Positions 49,545 to 63,200 of a stretch of DNA of 64,000 nucleotides are shown here, piece after piece (the first letter of the stretch is position 1; the number at the start of each line of letters is the position of its first letter). A program made the translations under genes and the position numbers. The notes under the pieces are model-generated. The model made no database searches. It saw only the letters and a program-made list of their open reading frames with translations, and was not told where the DNA came from. Source of the DNA: Lingula anatina (taxonomy: Eukaryota > Animalia > Brachiopoda); assembly GCA_051362555.1 (NCBI GenBank), contig CM120646.1:7626001-7690000 (forward strand), read 5' to 3'.

Positions 49545-52500
49545 GCCTATTATCTGGATTATCGTTACATATAACTGTGCGATAATTCTAATCAAGATTG
49601 CTTTAATGTGATGTTTTAAGGAATTATGTGGATCATTTCTTTGTATAAGTGAAGCAGGTGACAAAGACGGAATTTTAAGTATTTGCTTTTTATCTTTATG
49701 CTTAACTGAGTAGTGTTTTGAAATTAACTGGGTCAGACTTTGATTCTAGTGTCGTTGAACCCAATGACCAGTATACATGGACCCGACGAAGAGATAAACA
49801 ACATTCAAACGTAGGTTATAATGGGCTTTTGTTGAGAAATTTACAAAATTTTATTAAATTGATACTGTAAATTTCCCCAACAGAACAACTTATTAGTATT
49901 TCCGTTTATAGCATTATTTCACTGGCTAGCTAAGAAAACAAAGACAACATCACAACGTAATGTATAGTTTTTATAATTGAGGCGTTTATCTTTTCGCAGT
50001 GACGATGGTGGAGAGGCTGAAAATTACCTAACTCCTGTACCCAGGAGACCCATCCTCGGCGCTTCGGATACCCCTGTAGAGCAAGGCGTTGAAAAGCGAG
50101 ACCCGCCATGCCGACAAGTTTCCATTATGGAAGAGATTGGGAGCGGGCACTTCAGTACAGTTCACAGGGCAAACTTGACAACAACCACCGGCCAAGTTGT
50201 TCTCGTGGCAGCAAAATTATGCAGAGGTTCGTATTTTTTAACTTAGATTACATACTGTACTTATTTGTAATAAAATATTGTTGGAATAAAATATTGTTGA
50301 AATGTTAACGCAAACTGACATGGTAAAGTTGTTATTGTGGATTTTACATGTTTCTAGTTACCGCAGTGCTTCTCTCTGGGTGTTGAGACAAATTGCCAAA
50401 ATTCTGCAAGGCAGGTAGAAGGGAAAACATCAAGTAATTAAAGCATACCGCTAATTTAATTGTAGTTTCTTTTCATAAAGGTGGTGCATATGAAAAAAGG
50501 GAATTTGAACGAGAAGCCGAAATTATGAAGACAGTCTCCAAACACCCAAACGTTGTGGAATATCTGGGCTATGCAGAATCGTCGGGTACAGTACTAATTC
50601 TGATAATAATACTTATGGATGAGGTATATTGGACATTTATCTATTGTAAACATTAATTCCATGACTTATGACCCACGTATTATAGTAAGATCCTCTTTTG
50701 TTTGAAATAGAGTTGGAGGGTGGTCGTAGGGCGGGTCACAAGAATGATACCTTACTTGGCTCGATTCCTTCGGCAAATTTTATACTACAGGTGACTAGGA
50801 TAATGTTACGATGCAGTAAATTTACCTTTTATTTCATTGTGAGGGGAAAAGGGCTACTCTAAGTTTTTAAAGAGGAAACCCCTAAACATGCACGTATGCG
50901 TCTTTGTATAGTTTCCTAAAGAGATGGAGGGGGGGGGGGGGGGGGGCATTTACCCAGTACTTTCTGATACAGAAATGCACCGTCCCATCCAAGTCGGCTT
51001 ACCATCATTATATGATATTAGATATTATGATACATGTAACACATCTTGATCATTTAGGTACATCAGTTCTCCTCCTTGAATTCGCTACTGGTGGTGATCT
51101 GCTCCATTTACTGCGGAACAGTCGTGATGTCGGCTGCTCATTACATCCGGGCAGTACAAAGCTGTCACTAACAGATCTTATTTCGTTTTCCCTTCAAGTC
51201 GCAAAAGGAATGGAACATATATCTAAGCTAAACGTAAGCATATTAACTCTTTAAAAAGTTTTTGTATGATAAATTTTTGAGTGACACACATATTTCACTA
51301 AATATGGGCCCAGTATTGCTATTCAGCGTCAAACAGTTTAAAGGTTTGATAATTAAGTGTTTTAGGCTCAAGAAAATAAGTAAATACTGACATCTTTAGA
51401 ATGCACATACTGTCCACATTCAGTAGCATGAATACTATTATTAATTGTTTTACCCTTTACAGAAAATCTGTGATATTGCAAATTTTCACCTTTTCAGAAA
51501 CTAATATTTCTTTGCAAATAAGGCAATCAAATAAAATATTCCACGGCAACAAAAATGTCACTTGGAGGGTCTCCTTTTATTTACAGAGAGCGACATTTTA
51601 CTGGCATATCTCTGGTGTAAAAAACTCTTTGTTTGCCAAAGAGGAGTACATATATCGTTGCGATCAGCAATAATTTAGAGTGTATTTTATTTGTTATTTT
51701 TGTTCTGTCACTGTAGTTGCTGCACCGAGATCTTGCTGCACGGAACGTCCTCATGTTTGACAACAGAGTGTGTAAGATATCTGACTTTGGACTGGCTAGG
51801 AATATAGCAGAGAGCAGACAGTATGAGAGGCAGACCTCTGTACGTAGAATAAATTTTCGCTCTACCCTTGATTAACTTAATTTAGGCATATATTGTCATT
51901 TTAGCCGATACCAGTTCAACAAGAATACAGCAATGCTTGCAGTGCAATCTCTTAAACTTAATGTTCTTCTACACTGTTAGCGAATTCAGCCAATATTTAT
52001 CACCGGATGGTAATTTTAATATTACACAAATAACTGTTTTCTGTGGAAATGCCAAATAATGTATTTCTTTTTCATCTGATAGCGTATTGGGTTTAAATCT
52101 ATTCCGCTCAACATGCAGTATTGGTCGAGCAGTCAAAAATGCAAACCACTAAAGCATATACGTCGACCATATATATGAAAAAGGTCTAGGTTACGATGCG
52201 TTCTGGTTTCTTGCCCCCACCCCAACTATGTCCGCCAATGCATTTCTAATTTTAGGGTCCACTTCCGGTCAGATGGATGGCCCCTGAGTCTCTTGCGGAC
52301 AACATATACACTACTAGAAGCGATGTTTGGTCCTATGGTGTTTTGATATGGGAGATTTTCACACTTGGTATGACATTGGATAAAAAAAGAAACATTGCTT
52401 TGAAAAGACCAAGTACTACATGTACATAGATTTTGGGGTCTTGGCTCCAAAGTACATATTATGAAGGAATGGGTTTACTACAAGGGTTCTTTCTCTATTT

Positions 52501-53479
52501 TAAATATTTTAAATATATATAAAAAACAAGAAAACACAAGAATGAAGGAATCCTTTAAACAATTTTAAAGTAGATTTCACATAAAGTTTTTATGCAAGTA
52601 CCAACGCCAACATGTGTTATTTACCTTACTCGAAAAAAGTACTGATATAAATATCCCTGAAATAATTTTAAACTCCACCACCAAATATATTTATATGATA
52701 CATTACACACGCATCAATTTGGTTTCATTTTGGATTTCCAGGAAGAGCCCCCTATGCTGGCTATAGCGGTGCACAGACTTTAGAGTTTGTTATATCTGGT
52801 CGTACCTCTCAATACTTACGTAGACCAAGCTGCTGCAGTCCTGATATGTAAGTATAGTCTGCTTTATTTATTCATTATTTTTGTCATCTTCTTTGCTCAT
52901 ATATATTACTAATTTTGGTGTTTATCATTATAAACAACGACCTCGACTCTGACACTCACATCTACCATCAGTTTTATGCCAAACAAGCATGAAAAAAATG
53001 AAAGGCTGTGTGTAAGCTATCCGAAAAACAATCGCTTAGTAGGATTAGGATTGGGGTATACTCTATATCTATACGTGATTTTGAAAGGTATCGTAACTAA
53101 CTTAACTTCAGATGTCGGTAATTCTGGTCTAGTCAGAATGTTATGACATATAAAGGGCTCAGCTGTATGTGTCAAATCAACAGTAAAATAGATACAGTCA
53201 ATAGTGTTTGCTTGCTCGTGAGCGTGCTGCGTTCTCACCAATTTCTTCAAAATTGATTTTTTAAGTTCAATTGATGCTGACATAAATATTCATAAATATT
53301 ATTGGCCGTAAACTACATAATTTACACGGCTATTTTGTTGTAATTCACTATTGTTTTCTCTCATATTTAGATACAGAGTGATGCAGCGCTGTTGGGCTGT
53401 GGAACCAGGAGCACGACCGAATTTTCGGGCGCTAGCGAAAACTATATTCGCCATTTCCATCAGTACAAGTCACGTATGA
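45516..53479 (+). CDS. Receptor tyrosine kinase with three Ig-like domains, copy 2 (~721 aa, apparently intact)
   Basis: Exons 45516-45615, 47401-47727, 48144-48398, 48607-48933, 49327-49464, 49750-49810, 50000-50226, 50481-50585, 51058-51233, 51717-51839, 52256-52367, 52742-52847, 53371-53479. All are GT-AG; total 2166 nt in frame; catalytic motifs intact. Confidence 0.92.
49501..49543. repeat. (ATT)n microsatellite
   Basis: Direct inspection. Confidence 0.95.
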
Positions 53480-56400
53480 CTGCTAATCAGAGTAAAGCCT
53501 ACGGGCTCTTACGAGCTGTTTGCGTCCAAATTTTGCGCAGAATCTCACTTCCCACGCAAGTCCTTCTTACGCAATTTCGAGTTCGCATACAGCCCGTGAG
53601 CACTTTTCAATGCACGTAAATACAGTTTTATTTAGAAAACGTTCATCAAAAAGATTTTCAAGGATAAATCGGAAACTCTTCATATTCACATACATGTATG
53701 TACATGTACTTTCAAATTTTCTATACAGGATTCTGTGGGAGCTTAAAATTAAGTATGATCATTTTTTTTAAACTTCAAGGAAATCAAAACTGAGAAAATA
53801 AATTCTGATTTATTTTGTCCTGGTGAAACCTTATTTTTCCTGGACTATGACACATAATTGAAAACAGGAGGATAACTAATAGAGCATGCAACAAATTATA
53901 TATTCTGGAGCTTAAATATACTGAGTTGATATTTGATATTCATTAACCAGCTTATAGAAACATGTATAATGCTTATTGATTTTATTCCGGTGTATATAAA
54001 ACTCTGTTTACTAGCACAATCAATCAAAAAGCAAAGTAACGCCTCAGTTACAACCACCCTTACGGGCTGTTCGAGACAGAGAGCCATTGTGTACATGTAT
54101 CACTTATTATTTTTAAGTTCAAGGCTGTGAAAATGCGGTTAATAGAATAAAAATTGCAAAATTTCCTTTACAAATAACATTAGTTATAATTATAAAAAAT
54201 GTATGTGACTGCAGAAATATGTATATTTTAGTACTTAAAACGTTTGCTATACCTGTACTACATTTTACCAGCTTTGTGTCCTTGTTTGTTATATGTGTCA
54301 CAAGTTTTCAACTGGTTGAATCCTTACTAAGAGAAGCCATTGCGGTGTGAATCGCAATATGTACATTCAGGTTATATGTGGCAGTTTTATGACAAACGAG
54401 ACCTCCACAATATACTTCAAAGGAGTTATCCTTCGTCTATGCCTCATCAAAAACACACAGTAACAGCGACTAGAACATTGTCTGCAAATAGTGAGGCAGT
54501 GAAGGCAGCAAGATGTCATTGCTTTTCAGTATTAAGAATGACATAATCTGTTTGTTTTTTTTTTAATTTTTTATTCATTTTTAAATGGGAGGGAGACTCA
54601 CTTTGATCTTTCTATTTCATTCAGCTTAAAGTTGGTAGCAATATATGCTAAATCTGTCATGTTTGTACCGGTATGTAGAATATCCCTTGCTCAAATGTCT
54701 ACATTTATTGAGTGAATTATGAAGTTTCCTGACTGATTAATGAGGTTACTTGTAGAAATATCTTGCCTACACACAATTTATGATATTTTTTTTACTACTT
54801 TATACATATGATTATTCACATTATTAATTAATTAATTGGTTTGAAAAAAATTAACCACCCAAATAAAATTAATTCATTTTATATTTCATGTAATCTGTTT
54901 TTATTATTTTTCATTTAACTAGGCATTTAATCATTACAGCTCCCGTCATTATACTGTTTTTGTGTAATAATGTTGAAAGGTCCCAATTTTTTATTAACAG
55001 GTTGGTGCATACGTATAACAAATATATATAAGCATTACAGCATATTTTCTTACTGAAATATATCAAACGTATCACCAGAATTTTACTGGTAGAGATACAG
55101 ATAAAGATGATAGCATTGAAAATTGGGTTTACGGCACTGTTAGTGCAGCATGGTTAGTGTCAGATTGTTATCTGATAGAGTTTGCTCCTAGTACCTGGGA
55201 ACAAAAGGTCTGGGACTTGATAATCAAGTTGATAAAATCGCAAAACGCCGGTAGAGAATAGAGCATACCTGCCCAACATTGATTTGTTCAGATTCTTAAC
55301 TAAGGGGTGCGTTACTTGAGTCGAGGGCCAAGACTTGAACTTAGGGGTTTGGCATGTCACTGTCGTGTCTGCCCAAATCTAATAAAGCCTCAGTTGCTTA
55401 ACTTTCGCCAAATTTCCAACATCTACAGGTTATAGGCCACGTTTGTTTAATGCTTGGGGTCTCTTCTCTGTCGGCGATTAATCGGGGACACCTGCGCGGC
55501 CTGCCAACGTAACTAGACCCAATTTTGCTAGTGCCACATTTTCCATTGCCGTTAACATCATATTTGTGAATAGAATGAGGAATAATTACAGTTATGAAAA
55601 AAAGGTTTGAAAGTACCTGTCACCTTCGCCACAGTAACCATATGGGCTATGCTGCCCCACCTCCACAGGCGACACCTTGCGGAGCAAGCCTGCGTAATCC
55701 GGGGTGCAACTGATAATAAACTTATCGCGCGACCCTATTAGCATCCCTGCTTCTCATGTGGACCCTGCAACTCGTAAGACACACTTGCCCCTTTTCATTT
55801 CAAACTTTCCTCTAACTTTACGAACTCTGCACCCTAAATTCGCAGGGGCGGTACGATCCTAAAATTCGTGCGTCCGGTTGTGACCGAGGCTTTATACATG
55901 TTTTGTTCTATATACACAATTCTACAGTAAATTACAGAAGACCCAAACTGAACAATACGTAACAAAACAAAGTGATACAGTGCACCAGTATACAAACTAG
56001 AGACATTAATGGTTGTGTGTCTTTTAAGATTATATTAAAATATAATATCGTGTATATGCACATTCATACACACATTTTCACATACAACCTCACACACCCG
56101 AAGGCGCACGCACACTGTAGTACACACAAAAAGTTATAATACAGGTACTCAGTCATTGAAATACATCTCTGTTCGGCGTTCTGTACATGTGCCAAACAGT
56201 TGTGTCTATACATGCATGTGTAATATTATTTACTGATAAAATGACAACAAACTATTATTAGATTAAAGCCCGAGCGCTGAGAATATGGTATGCAAGCTTC
56301 AACTTTGTACATGTACATACGTATATCAGGAAGCTAGGTGAGGCGTGGAGGGTATTTCATGAGCGAGCGATGTACCAATTTCACTCTCCATTGGTGCTAT

Positions 56401-56959
56401 TAAATACGTACATCTGCTGGCTTTTTGTTAAAACATAATGTACATAATTTTACCCGATAACAAAAAGGGAGTCAAGAAAGGTCTATAGGCCCGATATTGT
56501 AATGCATTTACCAGTATTTGTTGCAGTACAACACGTTAAACATGAAAATAATAATATACTATTACTTGTTGAATTAAGCCAGCTATATATACATGTATAT
56601 ACGATGTATAGGTCACGTGAACAAGTGAAAGAGAAACAAGGCTTGGTTTTTCCAGTTCGTAAAGGTTTCGATTTAGAGATATATCTGAAAGATTTAATTG
56701 AGGGACTCACCCTCTGAACACACTCCGGAGGTTCTTGGAGAAGGAATTAAGCGATCAAATTATATATCTTACATGTAGTCCGAATGTAAAGTCGTCAGCC
56801 GCGTAGACGGTCAGCATTCGCATATGTTAACATTCTTCTAGAAACATGAATATATTTGGTGTCGGTGCTATAACATAAATGAAGTGACCGTACGTTATAA
56901 TGGGAAGCGCCACAAATGAAGAACCTACATGTAAAACGTCGAGCAGATCATACGTCTAA

Positions 56960-57938
56960 AGCTACTCTTACAACCGGTCGTGCGTGCTTCTACGAGCGGT
57001 TTGCGTGCAAAAAATTGGCCAAGTAGTAAGATACACGCACGTGGAACGTACTGTTTTTGGTGGACACAAACACGACGCAAAGCACGCAGCCCGAAAACTG
57101 GCCGGCCAGTTTTTCGCTACAACCTGTCTGCGACAATTAGAACGCCTGGAGCACGCTCGTAGCACGCAAGACAAAAGTACTGAGTAAGTGCGCTAGGCGT
57201 GCGTGTAACGCAGGAAAAGCATGCAGAAATTCCGGGGTATTTTACCACGAAGACGTACTTACCACGCAAGAGACTCGTACGTTCAACTTGCTTTCAATGT
57301 ACGTGTTAACAAAAAGGGGGTGAGCGCATTTCCTCCGTGCGTTTATCTTACTTCCAAAGTGCGTGGCGAGTACTACTACCATACTTGTGAAGTGCGTCAC
57401 ACTAAGACGACGCACGTGCCCTGCACGATAAAAGTGCAGGCGATCCCGAGCAACCACTGCCAGAATTGCGTCACGATCTTCGGCCTCCTCTAGCATTAGC
57501 AGCTGTAGAAGTCGATGGCGCATCCTTCTTGGAAGTGCCATTTTGGAAGCTAAAACAGTAAATGATGAAGAGACTCGGTGCTCCCTTTTATTTCATTTTG
57601 ATTATCCGTGCGTTCCACTTCCGTGCTTATTACGTTTCTCTTACGTTTCTCTTACTTTCTGAAAACGTACGCATCACTTGCAATACACGTATGATTATCT
57701 CACTCACTGTGTGCGACACAAGTATAGATCGTACGTGCTCCTTACTTCTTCCTACTTCCAAAAAAAGGCGTACAGACCACTTGCGGGCCCCACGTTTAGA
57801 GCACAACACACCTACTCATAAAGTACTTACTACTTCGTCCGCTGCGATTTAATTTTCATCCTGCGACAACACTACGTCTGACAAAAACTCCGAGGACGCA
57901 CGATCTCTAAGCACGCACGACGGGTTGTAAGAGAGGCT
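56960..57938. mobile_element. PIF/Harbinger-type non-autonomous element, copy B
   Basis: Highly similar to 32513-33502; TAA TSD at 56957-56959 and 57939-57941. Confidence 0.9.
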
Positions 57939-58572
57939 TAAGGGAAAGCCCAATTTCACGTTAGTTTTGGTTGCTCTGATTTTCCTGATAGTTAAAGGTG
58001 AGAGCTAGCTATTATTGCTATCTTTATCGTTATTATTTTAAGACGATGGATAAACTCTAATAGGACTAAGATAAAAATTTTAATTTCACTCTTGTTGTTA
58101 AGTGAGACGACATATTATAACCATATACGTGCATTTTTACTTTCAGTTTGGCATAAATTTTCTTACGCCAGGTCTATTTTTAGAAGGCGTAGAAATTTAC
58201 CTGATAAGGGGAATCCCCTTCCTTGAGTCTCTATAGATGAACAGGTAGTCGTAAACATTCCACAGTCTAAATCAAAAACCCACGTACGTAAGGAACAAGG
58301 GATTGAAACTTCAATCTTTAAAACATAAAATGTCTTTATTGAATGCAGGCCTTTTGTCTGATCCGCGCTCGGTCCGTAGACACAAAGGCGTCAAAACTTC
58401 AATTCTTATCACAAATGTAACAATTTAAACAACTTTTATAAAACGCTATAGGTAAATCTCTACGCTTTAAGGTGAATCAATATTTAGTACAATGCATGCT
58501 GCTGTATGGATTTCTAATGTATAAATAGGGAACCTCGTGGTAGATTCGCTCACATTTTGCGCGTTCAAGACC

Positions 58573-60432
58573 ATGAATGAACCACGCTTAGAACCGGGCG
58601 TAAGACGGGGGCATGTGCTTGTTATCCAAGGTATCAAAGGTATCGATATCAAAAACAGAGAGAGAGAGAGAGAGTCATGGCGAATTTGTTTGGCGAAGTT
58701 GGAGGAGGGACTGTCGCACCAAATTAAGGACGAATGCATTCAACGACGGAGTTCAAATTCGGGTGGCAAATATGAATGATGCGCGACATAACCACCCTGA
58801 AGACGATTGTATGACAAGCCGCATTAATATAAGACGGGCGGTGCCGGCAAGGAGGGTCTATGCCGCAGACGTTTCAAGAATGCATCGGCAAGGTGGAGGG
58901 GACCGTCCGCCCGTGCCATCAATGGCGTCTGTCAGAACCTGCATAAAAAGGGTACGCCGGCAAGCACTGCCACCTATCCCACAGGGGATAAATGATGTGA
59001 AGATTGAGAACCAGTGGGGTCAGACCTGGAACCGTGAGGAATTTTTGCTCTACCTGGACAACCAGTGGGGAGTTTGTGTGTTTGCGACGGCAGAAATCTG
59101 AACATTTTGCGGCATTGTCAAACAGTGTATATAGATGGAACTTTTCGTGTATGCCCGAGGCCCTATACGCAATTGCTGGTTATTGTTGGCAATTTCCATG
59201 GGTATGGGCTGCCACTAGTCCATGCCTTGATAGGCCAAAGGACCGTGGGTCACTATAGACAAGTGCTTCAAGCGGTGTGCAGAAGGACGAGGGAACTTAC
59301 CCACCACAGATGGAGACCAACATTGGTTGTGACAGACTTTGAAATAGGCTTGCAGAATGCAGTCCATACGGAAATCCCAACTGCAGACGTACGGGGGTGT
59401 TATTTTCATTTTTCCCAGGCTCTCTGGAGGAAGATCCAGGAGATTGGCCTTTCAAATGCGTACATAAACAATGACCGAGTGAAGGCTCTCGTTCGGAAGG
59501 TAATGGCGCTTGGCTACCTGCCACTCCCTTTGGTGCGCCTGAATTATAATCTCCTTCTGCAGGAAAGGGGCACTCGGCGCCAAATGAGGAGGACCCCTGC
59601 TTTACAAGAATTTTTACAGTGCGTGTCACTCACGTATGTAGATCGAGGAGCTACGTTCAACATTCCTTCGTGGAACGTATTCAAGAGAGGGATGGAGCAG
59701 AGGACCAACAACATAGTGGAATGTAAGTTTTTTGCCGTTTTTCTCACTTTTGTATTACCCCCCCCCCCCTTGATATTGCCATTAACCTTTAATTAACTTC
59801 TATACCACGCCGTAACTGTCCAAAACACTCATGCTAAGTCGAAAATTAAGCTTTAATTTCACCGGTGAAGGGAATCAACCTACTGAAAAAGAGCCCTTTT
59901 TATAAATTCTTATCTTATATATCTTTTCTTTTTCGCAGATTTTAACTCCCTATAATAGTTATAAATAATGAAATTTTCGCTATGCCTTGTGGCATATCAA
60001 ACGGTAGTAAAAAAGTATTTGAAAATTAAAAATTGGGTACTATCTATAACTTCGGTTTATTTTGTTTTACCCACTCTCACGAGGAAAATTATGAAGAGCT
60101 ATTACATTTCCGAATAACATTTCCTATTTATCAATTTTCAATGAATTATTTCCTTTTTGGCACTTTTTTTAGCAATCCATCGTGCCTTCAGTGGGGCCGT
60201 ACAGGTGAGGCATCACATGTTCTGGAACTTTCTCAGACATCTGAAAGACCAACAAGCAATCACAGAACAACAGATCACAGCTGCTCGAAATGGTAATGCG
60301 CCACCGCCACGCAATAGAAAGTGGAGGGATTTGTAGCGAAGAGTTGTCAACCTGAAGAACCAATACAACAACGGGGCGCGTAACCTTGATGACAATTGGA
60401 TGGCCGTGGCTCACTCTGCTTGGGACCCTTGA
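58573..60432 (+). mobile_element. FLYWCH-MULE (Mutator-like) transposase pseudogene with one intron
   Basis: FLYWCH-like WR.C...CRTKLRT...HNH, then YIDGTF, LPLVHAL, VTDFE, GCYFHFSQALWRKIQ, RTNNIVE|gtaagt (59723), and a second exon from ~60173. Frameshifts at the (GA)n run ~58660 and at ~59095; premature TAG at ~60334. Confidence 0.88.
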
Positions 60433-62581
60433 TAGAACTGAAGCCCAGATATTTAACTGTATTGCATAGTAATTTACGTTATCTTATATTACATTTGTTA
60501 AAAAAACATTTCATGTTTTTTATCAGAGAAAAATTTAACGATACCTCACTAGAGAGTGTTTTTATGGTAAAAACAAATGGACATTTTCACAAGAGTGATT
60601 TTATGTGTTACATTGTTTTTCTGTTTGTTATTAGTATATTACATTTGTTACAAAAGACAGAACTTGATGTTTTCCATGAGATTGGAAGTAGACGATATTT
60701 AACTGCAAAGGTTTTTTTTTGTTTGTTTGTTTTTGGTAAAAACAAATGGAAATTTTCTCACGAGTGTATCTACTTTTTGTATAGTACGTTTTGCTTCGTT
60801 TTATTGAATTTGTTACCAGGGACAGCGTTTTTGATGTTTTTCATCAGATTACAAGTTAAACTGTTTTAGAATATTTCAACATGTTCAAACTGCCTTCTCA
60901 CTTGTATTTTACATTTAATAAATAAATAAATAAATAAATAAATAAATAGGCCCTCCGGTTAAGTATTGCGTTGTCCTATTTCTATTTCAGATTATAAACG
61001 TTTCAGCACCTTCAGTAATGCTGGGGAAGAGGGGGTAGACTTAAATATGTATTACTATTACTGGGTATTTGAGCATATTACTGTATTCTGATACAATTTT
61101 ATGTCGAAGTTTAAAGCCCTAGTAAGGGCAAAGTTTGTTCTCGTAAATGCTCGTAATTTGTATTTATATGCCAAGTTTACACTCCCGTTAATTCATCCTC
61201 ATCCCCAAGAGTAATGCAACACTGTTGTCGGAACGGGTTTTTTTTTTTTTTTTTTTTTTTGGGGGGGGGGGGGGAGGGGGGGCTGTGCGAACAATGGTAG
61301 CGAACAATGGTACCGAAAGTCAGGGAAAGATACACGAGCAAATATTGAGCAAACAATTGGTTGCAGCCCCCTCCCCCCGCTTCCGACGGGCCATTGAAAA
61401 CAACATAGTTTTACATACTTTAAGTAATGTGTAGGTTGGGAGAACTCAAACTAAATGTAAAAGTGCTCTTGGATAGTTCGGATTGATGATTTAGAACAAA
61501 AATGGACTGGTAAAATTAAGTCCAGAAAAAATGCAGTTTACCCGGGTGAAATTCGTTTTCTAAGGGAATTCGCGCCTTTTTTTTAGAGCTTACCGTCCCG
61601 TAGTATGGTCCCTTTTGAAAGTAAAACTAATTATTATTCACTTTCCGACAACTGGCCAATCATTGAGCATTCATTCTGCAAACAAAGCGATGGCAGGGGG
61701 TGTCGGGGGGGGGGGGGGTCCTGAACCCCCTCCGGTTTCTGAAATAGAAATTTCACCAATATTCCAATCCCCTTTTGAAATTATAATTTTGTCTTGCTAA
61801 ACCATAGTTCTAAACAGCACCAAATAAAACCGTTCACCTTCGAAAAAAATTCGGGGCCCCGCCTTGAACCCCACGCCAAAGGGGGAGAGCATCGGCTTCA
61901 CATCCAAAGCATGCCATTCCTAACGGACCCCTCCCCCCCCCCGGCAATTGACACAAAAAGGAAGGCAGCCAGTGCAAAGGGGGTTTAATTGAAGTCATGT
62001 GAGTACTATTGTCACCAATTACAACAACCCATGGTGACTGACGTTCTGAAAAAAGTTATCTGTTAGAAAAGTATGCAGTTGTATGTCACGCTGTCAATGT
62101 CAATTCCGCTTTCAGTTTCAAATCTTTTTAAAACAGTTTATAAACACTCTATTTTTCTAAGAATATTGTTAGATTATAAAACTGTCATTCTTTGCTAGTG
62201 GTGCACTGCAGGGGGGGGGGGGCATAACAAGAATGTAATTTAAATTTAGATGGCCAATCAAATTATAATGACATCGTGTATGTCTCAATAACAAATCAAA
62301 GAAGCTGCATGAGCAAGGTGGATGCTGTTATAATAGCAAAAAAAAGAGAAAAAGCAGATAAATCGAAAATACCGTCAAAATGGCGTCCATTTTTGTGGAA
62401 TTCCGACCCTACCTCTTTTAGGAACAGTTTGTTGTTGCAAAGGAAAATCATTTCACACTTTTACTGAAGATTCGGAAGTTTTAGGTGAGGACGGAGAAAA
62501 TGTCTATATGGTTAACGAGCGGCACCTCTATTTTAAACTTGGTTGTCAAACAGAATTCTTTTTTCTCAGAATTAAAGGATA

Positions 62582-62940
62582 CAGTAGCGACTTTTAAAAA
62601 TCACTGTTGGCAAGTTCTTATACTTAAAATCTCCGTATCAGAGTAGAGTGATCAAAGTAGAGTGAAGCCACCGCGCATTAAAGGTCAATTAACGCTTGGA
62701 CGAACACTTAATTGCGACCACGCTCACCTTCGATCTTTATCTCAGCGAGCTAGGGTTAGGCTCTTTTGTTAGCAGAAAGTTTGTCACGATAATTGCCGGA
62801 CGGGCAGGGTATGGAACTATTGTTAACAGAAACCAAACAGCGTATGGATGACAATGTTATTTCCATAGTTACCGAGCCAGGCCGTCCGTACAACCCGCAG
62901 CGACCCGGAGGGTAAGTAAGGGGAGATTCCGGCGGCACTG
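62582..62940. mobile_element. 359-bp insertion at a TA site (Tc1/mariner-like non-autonomous element)
   Basis: Copies 1 and 2 read aaaggaTAggtcgt; copy 3 reads ggaTA-cagtagcg...cggcactg-TAggtcgt. Confidence 0.8.
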
Positions 62941-63140
62941 TAGGTCGTCCTCGTTAAGGAGCTTATTAATTTTCCCTGACTTCATTGAAGTATTTCTTCG
63001 ATTAGTAAGTGGACAACGTACTATTTGCGATGTATGTGGTTGGCATAATATTGTCCGATTACGACCAAAAAAAAAACAAGAAAGAAAAGAAATACAATTA
63101 ATTATACGGCAATGTCCCTATCCATCTTTCTGTCTCTGTC

Positions 63141-63200
<60 letters not shown>

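Noticed and set aside
49314-49664. Poly-Ile ORFs, and YI-repeat ORFs at 25751 and 63587
   Set aside because: Translations of (ATT)n and (TA)n microsatellites.
34048-53479. Naming the RTKs FGFR, Ret or Tie
   Set aside because: Layout is FGFR-like, but there is no acid box, only a single activation-loop Tyr, and the Ig domains are atypical; orthology needs a phylogeny.
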